Shown: one piece after another, positions 31,213-45,510 of the stretch
How positions within the stretch are numbered: the stretch's first letter is position 1
How the letters are laid out: every line of letters begins with the position of its first letter
NCBI GenBank assembly: GCA_964016885.1
Contig: OZ024751.1
Coordinates: 8,680,001 to 8,744,000, forward strand
Direction of reading: 5' to 3'
Source of the DNA: Eledone cirrhosa
Taxonomy: Eukaryota
DNA: 64,000 nt
Made by a program: the position numbers and the translations under genes
The notes under the pieces: generated by a model
Told to the model about the DNA's origin: nothing
Databases searched by the model: none
What the model saw: the letters and a program-made list of their open reading frames with translations, nothing else

Positions 31213-32160
31213 TGCATTTTTTCTTCTAACTTTAATTTTATAACTAATTGTGAATGATTGATGATATATTTAATCGATTTCCACGTGCTATTGAAATACT
31301 GGGTAAATATTCGATAGCTGTTGATCACGAATAGATGGCTGTCGTTTATTTATCTATTATTTCTTCGTAGGTGCCTTTTAATCTTATAGCCTGGTTTAAT
31401 TGGTTTTTTGTGTGGTTGATTATGCTAATTGGGAGATGAAATGGAATCTATATTTATCAAATGGTTCTATGGGCTTAATTCATAGTATATTTCTCGAGTT
31501 ATTTAATTTATTAATTCATCATTGAGCCATATCGTGAATGGTTGCCAAAAACATATATATCCATCAATTTGTCTAGTTTGTGTATATGTAAATCTTTATA
31601 ATTGATAATCTCCCATAAAGTTGAGATGTAATTTAGGCAATCTTAGGCTCCGATTTCTAGCAACCGGCCCACTCGCCGTAAGGTACCAATCACATTCTTT
31701 CTGACTTGACCACTGTCACGTCACAGTTCTTAGCTATTTTGAATTCGTTTCTGGCGGGGATCATTTAAGAAAGATCTTCGTCCAAGTGAGTTTGTTTCCT
31801 GATGAGTTCGAAGCTCGATATGATATGATATTTCCGAAAGCGAATGAAACCTTATGGGTAGAAACGTAATCCTGGTATGTGTATATACATTTTTTCTTCT
31901 GACTTTAATTTTATACCTAATTGTGTATTGTTGACGATATATTTAATCGATTTCCACGTGCTATTGAATTGGTGGGTAAATATTCTATAGCTGTTGATCG
32001 CGAATAGATGGCTGTCGTTTATTTAAGTATTATTTCTACATAGGTGCCTTTCAATCTCATAGCCTGGTTTAATTTGTTTTTTCTGTGGTTGATTATGCTA
32101 ATTGGCAGAGGAAATGGAGTATATATCTTATCAAATGATTCTATGGACATCATTTATAGT
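31213..32160 (+). repeat. ~670-bp partial tandem unit (direct repeats ~31213-31490 and ~31885-32160) containing an HHR
   Basis: gatatatttaatcgatttccacgtgctattgaa... is repeated; the copies are visibly diverged. Confidence 0.75.
31794..31865 (+). ncRNA. Type I hammerhead ribozyme
   Basis: gtttc-CTGATGA-gttcg...cgaat-GAAA-cc/ttatg/gg-TA-gaaac. Confidence 0.8.
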
Positions 32161-32200
32161 ATATATATATATATGTGTGTATATATATATATATATATTC

Positions 32201-32310
<110 letters not shown>

Positions 32311-32923
32311 TGAAACAAAATGAAAACGAAATTTCATTTCTCACTCTTAGTATGGCACTTACTTAAATGTAAGTATGCATGTATACGTACATACATATAT
32401 GTATACAGAGGTACAGTAGCATGCACATATATATATATATATATACATATATAGATACATATGCATACAGGTACACATACATATATGCACGTATCAGTTT
32501 AGCGGCGCTAACGTCGCTTTGTTCGTTTGTAAACAAACTGAACAGCCTGAATTTATGCCATACGGTGTTAAGGCAACCACGTCACCTTTTTGTTCAACAC
32601 TGACACAGGAACGATGTACTAGTTTCAAGCTTGTTAGCTATCATCAGCACCGTTTACCCATCTGCCAGATAGTTGAACGTTCGAAAGTATATACTTTCCT
32701 TATGAAAATTAACGGCTGAGCAGCCTAATTTGCATATTGAGTGAGTTAAATCGGTCAGGCATACCGTGCATGCTACTGTACGTCTGTATACTATATGTAT
32801 GTACGTATACATGCATACTTACATTTAAGTAAGTGCCATACTAAGAGTGAGAAATGAAATTTCGTTTTCATTTTGTTTCAATTTATCGTTTTCGGTATGC
32901 CTGACCGATTTAACTCACTCAAT

Positions 32924-32931
32924 ATGCAAAT
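32924..32931 (+). promoter_or_regulatory. Octamer motif ATGCAAAT conserved upstream of each array HHR
   Basis: atatgcaaattagg lies ~80 bp upstream of each HHR in both subfamilies; its function is inferred. Confidence 0.4.
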
Positions 32932-33004
32932 TAGGCTGCTCAGCCGTTAATTTTCATAAGGAAAGTATATACTTTCGAACGTTCAACTATCTGGCAGATG
33001 GGTA

Positions 33005-33049
33005 AACGGTGCTGATGATAGCTAACAAGCTTGAAACTAGTACATCGTT
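33005..33049 (+). ncRNA. Minimal type I hammerhead ribozyme with palindromic stem III (representative array copy)
   Basis: aacggtg-CTGATGA-tagc/taacaa/gctt-GAAA-ctag-TA-catcgtt; 7-bp stem I, stem III actagt. Confidence 0.88.
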
Positions 33050-33207
33050 CCTGTGTCAGTGTTGAACAAAAAGGTGACGTGGTTGCCTTAACACCGTATG
33101 GCATAAATTCAGGCTGTTCAGTTTGTTTACAAACGAACAAAGCGACGTAAGCGCCGCTAAATTGATACATGCATATATGTATGTGTACCTGTATGCATAT
33201 GTATGTA

Positions 33208-33245
<38 letters not shown>

Positions 33246-33313
33246 CATGCTACTGTACGTCTGTATACATATATGTATGTACGTATACATGCATACTTAT
33301 ATATATATATATA

Positions 33314-33352
<39 letters not shown>

Positions 33353-33470
33353 TATATATTCATGTATATATATTCATATATATATATAGCGGCGAAAACC
33401 AACCAAACAGTGAGTGTGTTGTGTTATTAATTCTGTCAATATTACATAAATATGACCCTCCCCAAGTATT

Positions 33471-33557
<87 letters not shown>

Positions 33558-33559
33558 TA

Positions 33560-33590
<31 letters not shown>

Positions 33591-33595
33591 GAATA

Positions 33596-33679
<84 letters not shown>

Positions 33680-33691
33680 GATATATATATA

Positions 33692-33732
<41 letters not shown>

Positions 33733-33733
33733 G

Positions 33734-33766
<33 letters not shown>

Positions 33767-33789
33767 GAATATCTATATATATACCTATA

Positions 33790-33831
<42 letters not shown>

Positions 33832-33834
33832 TTC

Positions 33835-33874
<40 letters not shown>

Positions 33875-34911
33875 TCATATATATATATATATATATAAAT
33901 TGAAACAAAATGAAAACGAAATTTCATTTCTCACTCTTAGTATGGCACTTACTTAAGTGTAAGTATGCATGTATACGTACATACATATATGTATACAGAC
34001 GTACAGTAGCATGCACATATATATATATATATACATATATACATACATATGCATACAGGTACTCAATATGCAAATTAGGCTGCTCAGCCGTTAATTTTCA
34101 TAAGGAAAGTATATACTTTCGAACGTTCAACTATCTGGCAGATGGGTAAACGGTGCTGATGATAGCTAACAAGCTTGAAACTAGTACATCGTTCCTGTGT
34201 CAGTGTTGAACAAAAAGGTGACGTGGTTGCCTTAACACCGTATGGCATAAATTCAGGCTGTTCAGTTTGTTTACAAACGAACAAAGCGACGTTAGCGCCG
34301 CTAAACTGATACGTGCATATATGTATGTGTACCTGTATGCATATGTATGTATATATGGATATATATATATATATATGCATGCTACTGTACGTCTGTATAC
34401 ATATATGTATGTACGTATACATGCATACTTACATTTAAGTAAGTGCCATACTAAGAGTGAGAAATGAAATTTCGTTTTCATTTTGTTTCAATTTATCGTT
34501 TTCGGTATGCCTGACCGATTTAACTCACTCAATATGCAAATTAGGCTGCTCAGCCGTTAATTTTCATAAGGAAAGTATATACTTTCGAACGTTCAACTAT
34601 CTGGCAGATGGGTAAACGGTGCTGATGATAGCTAACAAGCTTGAAACTAGTACATCGTTCCTGTGTCAGTGTTGAACAAAAAGGTGACGTGGTTGCCTTA
34701 ACACCGTATGGCATAAATTCAGGCTGTTCAGTTTGTTTACAAACGAACAAAGCGACGTTAGCGCCGCTAAACTGATACGTGCATATATGTATGTGTACCT
34801 GTATGCATATGTATGTATATATGTATATATATATATATATGTGCATGCTACTGTACGTCTGTATACATATATGTATGTACGTATACATGCATACTTATAT
34901 ATATATACATA

Positions 34912-34950
<39 letters not shown>

Positions 34951-35033
34951 TCATATATATATATATATACATATTCATATATATATATATATATATACAT
35001 ATTCATATATATATATATATATATATATACATA

Positions 35034-35070
<37 letters not shown>

Positions 35071-35072
35071 TC

Positions 35073-35128
<56 letters not shown>

Positions 35129-35301
35129 TATATATATATATATATGAATATATATATATATATATAAGTTATAATAGAATGAAAACGAAATTTAATTTCT
35201 CACTCTTAGTACGGCACTTACCGTTTGTTTACAAATTGACAAAGCGGGCGTTATAATAAACGTCCGCTAAACGGATACGTACATATATGTATGTGTACCT
35301 G

Positions 35302-35395
<94 letters not shown>

Positions 35396-35823
35396 TGCTA
35401 CTGTACGTCTGTATAGATATATTTATGTACGTATACATACATACTTCCATTTAAGTAAGTGCCGTCGAAGAGTGAGAAATGAAATTTCGTTTTCATTCTA
35501 TTACAACTTATCGTTTTCGGTGCGCCTGGCCGACTGAACTCACTCGATATGCAAATTAGGCTGCACAGCCGTTAATTTTCATAAGGAAAGTATATACTTT
35601 CGAACGTTCAACCATCTGGCAGAAGGGTATACGGTGCTGATGATAGCTAAGAAGTTTGAAACTAGTACATCGTTCCTGTGTCAGTGTTGAACAAAAAGTT
35701 GACGTGGTTGCCTTAATACCGTACGGCATAAATTCAGGCTGTCCGTTTGTTTACAAATGGACAAAGCGGGCGTTATAATAAGCGTCCGCTAAACTGATAC
35801 GTACATATATGTATGTGTACCTG

Positions 35824-35891
<68 letters not shown>

Positions 35892-36781
35892 CATGACTGT
35901 ACGTCTGTATACATATATGTATGTACGTATACATACATACTTGCATTTAAGTAAGTGCCGTACTAAGAGGGAGAAATGAAATTTCGTTTTCATTCTATTA
36001 CAACTTATCGTTGTCGGTGCGCCTGGCCGACTGAACTCACTCGATATGCAAATTAGGCTGCTCAGTCGTTAATTTTCATAAGGAAAGTATATACTTTCGA
36101 ACGTTCAACCATGTGGCAGAAGGATATACGGTGCTGATGATAGCTAAGAAGCTTTAAACTAGTACATCGTTCCTGTGTCAGTGTTGAACAAAAAGTTGAC
36201 GTGGTTGCCTTAATACCGTACGGCATAAATTCAGGCTGTCCGTTTGTTTACAAATGGACAAAGCGGGCGTTATAATAAACGTCCGCTAAACTGATACGTA
36301 CATATATGTATGTGTACCTGTATGTATATATATATATATATATATATATGCATGCTACAGTACGTATGTGTACATATATGTATGTACGTATACATACATA
36401 CTTACATTTAAGTCAGTGCCGTGCTAAGAGTGAGAAATTAAATTTCGTATTCATTCTATTACAACTTATCGTATTCGGTGCGCCTGGCCGACTGAACTCA
36501 CTCGATATGCAAATTAGGCTGCTCAGCCATTAATTTTCATAAGGAAAGTATATACTTTCGAACTTTCAACCATCTGGCAGAAGGGTATACGGTGCTGATG
36601 ATAGCTAAGAAGCTTGAAACTAGTACATCGTTCCTGTGTCAGTGTTGAAAAAAAAGGTGACGTGGTTTCCTTAACACCGTACGGCATAAATTCAGGCTGT
36701 CCGTTTGTCTACAAGTGGACAAAGCGGGCGTTATAATAAACGTCCGCTAAACTGATACGTACATATATGTATGTGTACCTG

Positions 36782-36867
<86 letters not shown>

Positions 36868-37293
36868 CATGACTGTACGTCTGTATACATATATGTATGT
36901 ACGTATACATACATACTTGCATTTAAGTAAGTGCCGTACTAAGAGGGAGAAATGAAATTTCGTTTTCATTCTATTACAACTTATCGTTGTCGGTGCGCCT
37001 GGCCGACTGAACTCACTCGATATGCAAATTAGGCTGCTCAGTCGTTAATTTTCATAAGGAAAGTATATACTTTCGAACGTTCAACCATGTGGCAGAAGGG
37101 TATACGGTGCTGATGATAGCTAAGAAGCTTTAAACTAGTACATCGTTCCTGTGTCAGTGTTGAACAAAAAGGTGACGTGGTTGCCTTAACACCGTACGGC
37201 ATAAATTCAGGCTGTCCGTTTGTATACAAATGGACAAAGCGGGCGTTATAATAAACGTCCGCTAAACTGATACGTACATATATGTATGTGTAC

Positions 37294-37346
<53 letters not shown>

Positions 37347-37570
37347 TGCTACTGTACGTCTGTATACATATATGTATGTACGTATACATACATACTTACA
37401 TTTATATATATATAAATGTAAGTATGGGGATTTTAGACATGATCTCTATGTGTTGGTATTTTAACGATAGTTATAGCTCTGATTTATCCAAATTATTGAA
37501 CCCTCTGCCACACATATTGGATATTGTTTATCGTTAATTCGTAAACTGTTTTTCCGATTCTCGATTATTC

Positions 37571-37663
<93 letters not shown>

Positions 37664-37670
37664 ACAAGAA

Positions 37671-37869
37671 GAAATCAAAAATACAACAGGAGTCTTATTT
37701 AAAAAAAAATATATATATTTATTTGGTTCCTTTATGCAGATGTGAGAAAAACCCCAGACACTCCATCTCAACTCTACTTTTGAAAACGGGAAGAACTGCG
37801 AAACCAGTAAAGGAACCAAATAAATATATATATTTTTTTAAATAAGACTCCAGTTGCATTTTCGATTTC
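37671..37869. repeat. Inverted repeat (~63-bp arms), probably an old PLE-end foldback
   Basis: ggagtcttatttaaaaaaaaatatatatatttatttggttccttta versus taaaggaaccaaataaatatatatatttttttaaataagactcc. Confidence 0.7.
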
Positions 37870-37894
37870 ATCTTTTTTTCTGCATACTTTCACT

Positions 37895-39350
37895 CGTGTA
37901 CGATACCTCGGGAGAAATGCTTCATATTAAGGGAGAGAAAGATCTTAGCTAATGGTGTGGCCACCTCCATATTATATGCTGGGTTATACCATATAGTCTA
38001 TTTTTCCTAGGTCTATGCTCATACTCGGTATATGCTACCTTATCGACAAATCCACTCCAAGCAAGATCTTCATTGAAATATGTGGAATGGTCGCTGAAAA
38101 TATGCTCGTTTGTAGATAGATGGGAAACCTCAAAGAAACGTTTCTTACCAGGTTCTTGTTTATGCTGGCAGGATGGTTAGAATGCTTGCTTATGTAATTA
38201 AGCGTATCATTCGGCTTTCTATACGGGTAGTGTTAGCCATATGACAAATTGAGGGTAACGCCGAGGTAATTAACGACCGAGAGGTTGGCATCAACCTGTA
38301 TGGTGAGGTTGAAGACTTTAAAAAAGGCTGTGAATTCTTTTCTGAACCTGTCGTATGCGCGTGGGCCGCACTTTGTCATGGTCAAAATACCGTTATCACG
38401 GTACAAACCACCGCCCACGTTGGGGAATTCTTCCTTGATAGCCAAAATAAGGAAAAGGACAATAAGATCAGTAACCTCCGCAGAATCGCTGGCTCCCATA
38501 CTCACATCGAATGGGGGTACTATTGGATGTTTTAATCCAAATAGAGTCGTCGAAATTTATCACCGACTTACGGGCATTTAGGATGACATCAACTTCGAAA
38601 TCCTTAACCACCTTAGCGAAATTGATAGCTCTAACAACAAGTGGTAAAGTGCTAGAGGAGTAGTAATTATTGATGTCGAATTGGATAAAACGGCAATGTC
38701 CCTTGTTGCATATGCCGTTGAACCAATCAATCACCGCGAAAGAATTTGTCCACAGTCCAAGAGGGACCCGTCTTCTAATTTCAGGTATAATTCTATCTGA
38801 AATCCTTTTACTAACTCTACCTAAATCGGACTTCGTGGGGTTAATAAGCAGAATAGAGGGGTTGTTCCGTAAATTGGATTTGTGATCATTCAGGGTAAAG
38901 TAGGGAGAAATAGGGTCCAGAGTTTCAGTCCTGTCGCTGATGCTGAGATCAGAGGTGATTTTAAACCCACCATCATTGATGTCATTAATGACACTTCGAT
39001 TAGTTTTACGGTAACCCTTAGTTACAACATTACGTAGCAGTTGATGGTAACTACTTGATATATATTTCCAGTTGTGTCGGAGTGAACGTGCACGGCATTA
39101 GAATCCTTAATAGAACGAATTCTATCCTTCAAGTCCTGCTTGAAGGAATTGCTCCTATTCCGAAATTTGATACTCCGTATGAGTTCCACGACGTCATTTT
39201 CGAAGGGTAGCCATGCTGGCTTACTCGGAGGGTTATTGTAGGTTTTAAACCCAAATTTATCTTGTTTGTTGTCCGCTTTTCCCTGATTATCGAAATATAT
39301 AGCACGCCAACGCAACCTTTTAATGAACAAGTCTGTTTTCTGTTTCAGGA
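37895..39350 (-). pseudogene. Decayed Naiad-type PLE RT (third family), truncated before the endonuclease
   Basis: FIKRLRWRAIYF, FGFKTYNNPP, SDTTGNIY, FIQFDINNYY, SMGASDSAEV, GLYRDNG, PYRKPND..SNHP; frameshifts and stops. Confidence 0.9.
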
Positions 39351-39477
39351 ATATTTGCACTACGGTTCTTATATATTTGATATATATTTATCCTTATCGA
39401 GCCCTCTTTGGATTCTAGTCTTCAAATTTATTATTATTACTATATATATATATTTATAAAACTTTGGTGTAGTAGTT

Positions 39478-41776
39478 TACATAGTTGAATTGGACATTGT
39501 CACATTCTACCCTGTATGAAACGTATGTGCGTAAGCAGCAGTTCGTTTGGCGCATCTGTTTCTGATGGAACACGCGTCAGTCAATTTTTCTGGTTTTCTG
39601 GAGATGCATCTCCGTAGGGAGAGGCCCGAGTGGGCCAGCTCGATGTCGAGGCCGTCTCTCCGTATAGCCCTGCGGATAGCGTTGGTGGTTTTCTAGCCCA
39701 GGTACAGGATTTTAAGGAAGTACTTGCCTTGGGTGTTTCTCTGCCTCTTTCGTCTGGTGTCTCTTACTCTGTTTGTAAGCGAGGCTGGGTATCTGTTCGT
39801 CTCCAGCATTCTGAGGAACCGCTTGGTTTTTAATTAGCGTGATCTCTTTTAGCACTGTTAGGGAAGGCAGAATTGTAAGTGGACGAACAAGACCCTGCTG
39901 GCTTCCTTGCGGTAGAAGTTGGTGTGGATTCCCACCTGCTCCGTGATGTTTTTTCGGAAGTCGAGGAGGGCAAGGGACCCGTCGTCGTTGGGGTGTTCAA
40001 CAATGAAATCAATATTCTCGTCCGTGTTGTTGAACGTCTCATAAATTCGGCTCGCCATCTCCTGGGAAGATGTGAGGATGAAGTTGTCGTCCACGTACCT
40101 TGAGAAAAAGGCGACGGCGTTGGGGTGGCAGGTGTTGAGTGCCTTGAGCTCGAGGTTGTCCATGTATGAGATCGCTAGCATACCCGACAGGTGTGTGCCC
40201 ATGGGCAGTCCCGAGGTTTGCCGGTATGTTTGGTCGAGAAAACTGAAATACGTGTTGTCAAGGACGACGGATAGGAGCTGCTGGATGTCAGTGGGGTGAG
40301 CCCGAAGCAGTGTAGGTTGGTAGATTGAAGGCGTTCCATCAGTATATCAACGGTCGGGAGCACCGGGACCGAGGTGTAAAGAGCGACCACATCAAGGCTG
40401 AAGGCATACCTGTTAGCCTTTCTGGTGTTGGGATCCATTTGATCCATCCTCGGCGCTGTTTACGTGTCCCAGCAAGGTGTCTAGTATGGGTTTAAATATT
40501 CTGACTAGGAGTCATGAAATTTTGTACAGCGGTCCTTCCACGCTCGATACAATAGTTCTGATCTCCAGGTCGGGTCCTTGTTTTTGTGTTTTCACAAGGT
40601 GGTTGAAGGCGGGTAGTCTGCTGTTCCTCGTGAGCTTCGGGAGCTTTCGCCGGTCAAAGATGTTGGTCCAGACGGCGTTGATGTGCTCCTCGATCTGTGC
40701 GGGTGTGATTCCTGTGACTTTTGAGTAGAAGTTGTCATCGTCAAGGTGTTGGAGGGCCAGGGTGTTGTAGGCCTCTCTGCTGATGACGCAGAATTTTTTT
40801 CCCTTTTTGGAGGGGAGGTAGATGAGGTTCCTCGATTTCAGGTTGGAGAGAGTGGTGAGCTGAGATTTAGTGAGGCTGTGTGTTGTGCGTGTGTGTGTGT
40901 TTGTGTAGCATATCAGAGATGGAGTGTTTTAACCTGATGAGTTTGGTGTCGAGTTCGTGGTTGGTCGGTGGGGGGTGGAGTGGGTTGTCGGGGTGGTAAG
41001 TGGGGAACTTAGGGTGAGTTGCGTGGGCGCTGTTATTTTCTGTGGCGCTGTTGATGGCGGTGACCCATTTAAGTTGGTAGTCGGCTCGGCAGAAGTTGGC
41101 TTCGATGTCGAGTTTAAGTCTGTCGTCGAGCCGCTGTAAGACGATGAACTTGGGTCCGAGGCGTAGGAGTTCCAGCTCATCGTTCGTGAGGGTGCCGGTT
41201 AGGTCGGTGACTAGGTGCGTCGCATCGTTGAGGTGTGGCTCGGTATTGGTGGATGTGGCAGCGGCGGTTGTTATGTTGCTGTTTATCACGTGGTTCTGGC
41301 CTGTCTGTTTGTTAGTGTCGGTGTTTTCGTTGTGGAGTTTAAGCAAGATCCACTCATATTTCCGTTTGAGCCGTTTCTTTTCGTGTTGGACTCTGGAGTG
41401 GTAGCACTGGTCGATTGCTTTAGTGATTTTAAGAAGCAAGTCGCAGGGTGTTATTGTTAATCGATGTGTCCGTTCTGAGAATGTCCGTTTATGGATGTGT
41501 AATTGGCGGTTGGAGATGTCGCAGGATCTGTTTGATACACGAGCGGTGTATGCGGCTAACGGTGATTTGAAAAGATAGTGCACGTAGGCATCCTGGTAAC
41601 CGGATGTTCCTGAAGGTGGTGGAGATGACATCGTGTTTTCGGCAGTGTTTCAGGAAAATAATTTGATAGCCCGCATTGGCCCATATCTCCGACAGTCTAA
41701 AGTGTTCCCTTACGGACGCAAACAATTCCTGGCTCAGGTGTAAAGATAAGAGACTATTGAAGTTTGCTTCAAGCAT
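39478..41776 (-). pseudogene. Decayed PLE ORF (non-Naiad; YVDD-type RT) with the start of a GIY-YIG domain
   Basis: IFLKHCRKHDVI, LLRLGPKF, SLDVVALYTSVP, GLPMGTHLSGMLA, RYVDD, YRK, and CLRTYVSYRVEC...YV at ~39480-39545; several frameshifts. Confidence 0.88.
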
Positions 41777-41781
41777 TGTGG

Positions 41782-41831
<50 letters not shown>

Positions 41832-44800
41832 ATAATAATAAAATTGAAGACTAAAATCCAAAGAGGGCTCGATAAGGAAAATATATATCAAATATATAAG
41901 AACCGTAGAGATAATTTTAAAGAAATAATAGATAAATTTTAGCAATAATCGTCTTGTACTGAATGTAAACTTTTAAATTTAACTCCATTTAAATGATTAT
42001 TTGTTTAGCTAATTTCTAGGGAGTAAGAAGAAAAATTGGGGAAATTTTATCTGACAGTTTTTCAAAATTATGATTTTAATATAGCTCTGATTCATAATTA
42101 TTGAGTTAATTCTTTCATTCATTCATTGAGCCACATCTTTCAAGGTAGCCAACACTCATATATGTATCTAAGTTTATGTTTAAGTATATATGAGTTCCTT
42201 ATGACTTTATATATATAAAGTGTTAAGTAATGCCCAGGAGAGCTGGATAGCAGAAGGTCACCAGAGACGAAGCACTCCTGAAGCGAATGTTTCGGCCCTT
42301 TACTTCATACACTCTAAGGATGCGATTCCGCTGGCATTTGACCATTTGGATATTGGAAATGTGTGTATTTTAACTCCACTTTGTTTCCTTTACATTCTAA
42401 CGTATATTTAAACGATTTTTTGATTTTGGAAATATACATTTAGTAGTCACATCAGCGAGGAGACGTCGACAGTATCGCGCCACCAACACTACAAACCAAG
42501 ATTCCCTATGAGTTACTTCCCTTAGCTTTCGTTAAAATGCAATGATGTTGCCTGTTAAACGGGATGTTGGAAGGTTTTGTTCCTCCTCGTCTAAATCCTA
42601 CTGGAAATCCTTTCCGCTGCCTCTAATATTGCCGTTAGCGTGTTGCTTCTTGTCTAACTAGAAAATGAAATTTGTTTTATGAGGTTGTACGCAGATTTTC
42701 CCACTAAAGGCTCTATGACGAGAACTTTGACTAGTTAGTCGGCTTCCTTCAGGCTGTTGTATAAACAGGTTTATTTTCCGGGCTTGAACACGTGTGCATA
42801 TTCTAATTTACTTCCAAATGTCACGGGGGTAAGTTCAATCAAATCAAGGTATTTTGATGCCCCTATATAGCGTACGATATCCGGCCGCCAATCACTCCTT
42901 ATGTTGAAGATATATGCTTACATGCATGCATACACAGCACACCCACATATATATATATATATATATATACATGAAATTAGGATGTAGCTGTGATGATGAT
43001 ATCCAACCTCAGAACATCAAGTTTTGATTAGATATATGATCAAATGTGTTTCTGTCATGGCCATCACGTATTTGAAGTGAATGGCATATCTACAATTACA
43101 TTACCATTTGTGTCATGTATATTCTTGAAGACAAGTGTATATATGACTTCAATATATTTTGTATTTATAGCGAATGACACTTCCTAGTATCATCAGTGGT
43201 TCTATGTTAATACATTTTTGCTACTTGAAATTTCCTGACAAGAGTTGCTTCTTCTTGTCCCTCTGTGGCAGTACTTTGACATATTTTATAACACTGACCT
43301 AGCTGCCGTCAAATAAATTATTGCTAATCCTACTGATCACTTGAACTTTATCACTTCGTTTCGATTCAATGAAATAATATAATTGTATTTGCTACAAATG
43401 ACCTCGGAAATATAGACTAATTAAACATTTGCTAGCTAAATATATTGTGCTCTTTACGGAAGATATTGAAGATGAACTGTAGTTTATAACTAATTGCATT
43501 CCGTTTGACAGGAAATAGGGATGTGATATTAAACGTTTTATATAGCTGGAAGTTACCAAAATTATTATTAAAACGTGAATAGATCTTATTGAATTTATAC
43601 ATGACTATAATACCCCGTAATGAACGTGTTAGATATATTTAGAAATGAATAAAACTGCTGATCCGACGATTTATTTTCATGTGGAATAACAAAACAAAAG
43701 AGAGTTAATTGGTAAATGTCACTGTGTTAATTTCCATAGATTTACCATTATATGAGAACGATAATTACACGATTGCCCGTAGCGTTTAATTCATTGATAA
43801 ATATCAACTAAATTTGGGAAACTCTGAAATGAATTCAAAATCAAAGAAAATGAAAGAAATCGGTCGTGCTATTCTTTAAAAGATATAGTCTTAATTTTAT
43901 TGAAAGGAGTGCCGTGATAAATGGCACACACATTAATACATTTATTTGTCTCTGTTGGTACCCCTCATAATTGTATCATTATTTGGTTGAGGTTAGGCAA
44001 CTTGCGGCAAGTAAGAAAAGATGAAAGATATATTCAATGCCAAATTAATTAAGGCATTTATAGAATTTGATGGAGTATTCGATTGATGTGTCACAGAAAT
44101 TCCTATAATCAGGATTAATCAATTCAGCTATATGTTAATGCATACAGGCAGGAATTCTACTATCTTTCTTCTTATACCATACTGTCTCTTTCATGTCATG
44201 AAAACGATTGTTTTCATTATGATTCGGCTTAAATTACATTCTCAATGATAGGTCAAAAGCAAGAAGTAAACAATAAGTACATAACTACAACGTATGATAC
44301 AGAATGGAATATTCTGTAGTCCGACTGAGGCAGGATGTTAATTCCACTAATTACTCGATGTAATATGATAGATTATATCGTTTTTGAAATATAATATTTC
44401 CAACACGCAAGACAGTTTTTTTCTATTATTTTCCATTTAATATTATTTTCTGATAAGGCAAAACGCCAATCCGTGTGGTTCAAAGTTCAAGCTGATTCCA
44501 TCAAACTACTTTAAAATGAAGATCAGTAGCAGTTAAATGCAATCCCACTAACCAGTTGTGGTGATAGCTGATGGGTTTCGTCATTCATTTAATATTTGTG
44601 AGCCTGATTTATGATATCTACTTTTTTGTCTTTGTTTCTATCCGAATTGAGTTGAGATTTATTATTTATAATCTATGAAAAGAAAGTTTAGCCTATGAAT
44701 TATATTTTGTGGCTCGTCTGTACGGGTAGCGGTGAACCTGTACGGGGCTGTAGCGTTGGCATCGAACTCCACGACCGAGCATATATCAGGAGGCCGGTTT

Positions 44801-45510
44801 GCGTCGTTTGTTTCGTTTTCTTTTCCTCTTTTTGTGGGCGGCCGAGGTTTCGTTGCGTCGTGGTCAATCGTCGGTGGTTTTGACGGGCGGGGTAATAGAT
44901 GGGTGAACGCCGTGAGAGCTGCTGCGTGAAGCACCACGTGCTTCGATCTCCTTGTCACTTGTTTTTATTTTCTTTGCCGAGAAGAATTATATTTTCTTGA
45001 TATTTATTTCTATATTGATACATCTGTGCAGGCATATAAATGATATTCTGATAAAACATGTCTAATATTAACAGCTGATTAATACACGCGAATATTTTGT
45101 TAAATTCTCAAATCATAAATACAGAGTAAAACATACGGACCTGATATTAATTGAATTCAAGTTGAATCTATTTCACCTTAGGTGCAAAATTATTGTCCTC
45201 GGATGATTCAGGTGCACTACATACCTACATTTCGTAATCCCTATTCGAAAGTAATATCGGTGACGTCGAGCTGTCAGGTAGCTTAGAACAAGTATTTATC
45301 TGCCGATGGTATATACATCGCAAAGTAGATTTGAGTCTCACTTGATGAAATTTCATTCGACTTCCATGATAGTGTATTACATTAACCACTCTCCCCTACC
45401 TGTAACGTAGAAGTCATTGTTCTTACTAAAAGGTAAACAACACTTAAGGAATGTGATAATATTGTATGGCAGTAAATGCCATTGTTATTCACAGACTCTT
45501 TGTTTAGCCC

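Noticed and set aside
32519-37229. Repeated 63-116 aa ORFs ([16 protein letters not shown]...) in the array
   Set aside because: Antisense to the HHR, starts vary and often fall within microsatellite, no recognisable domain
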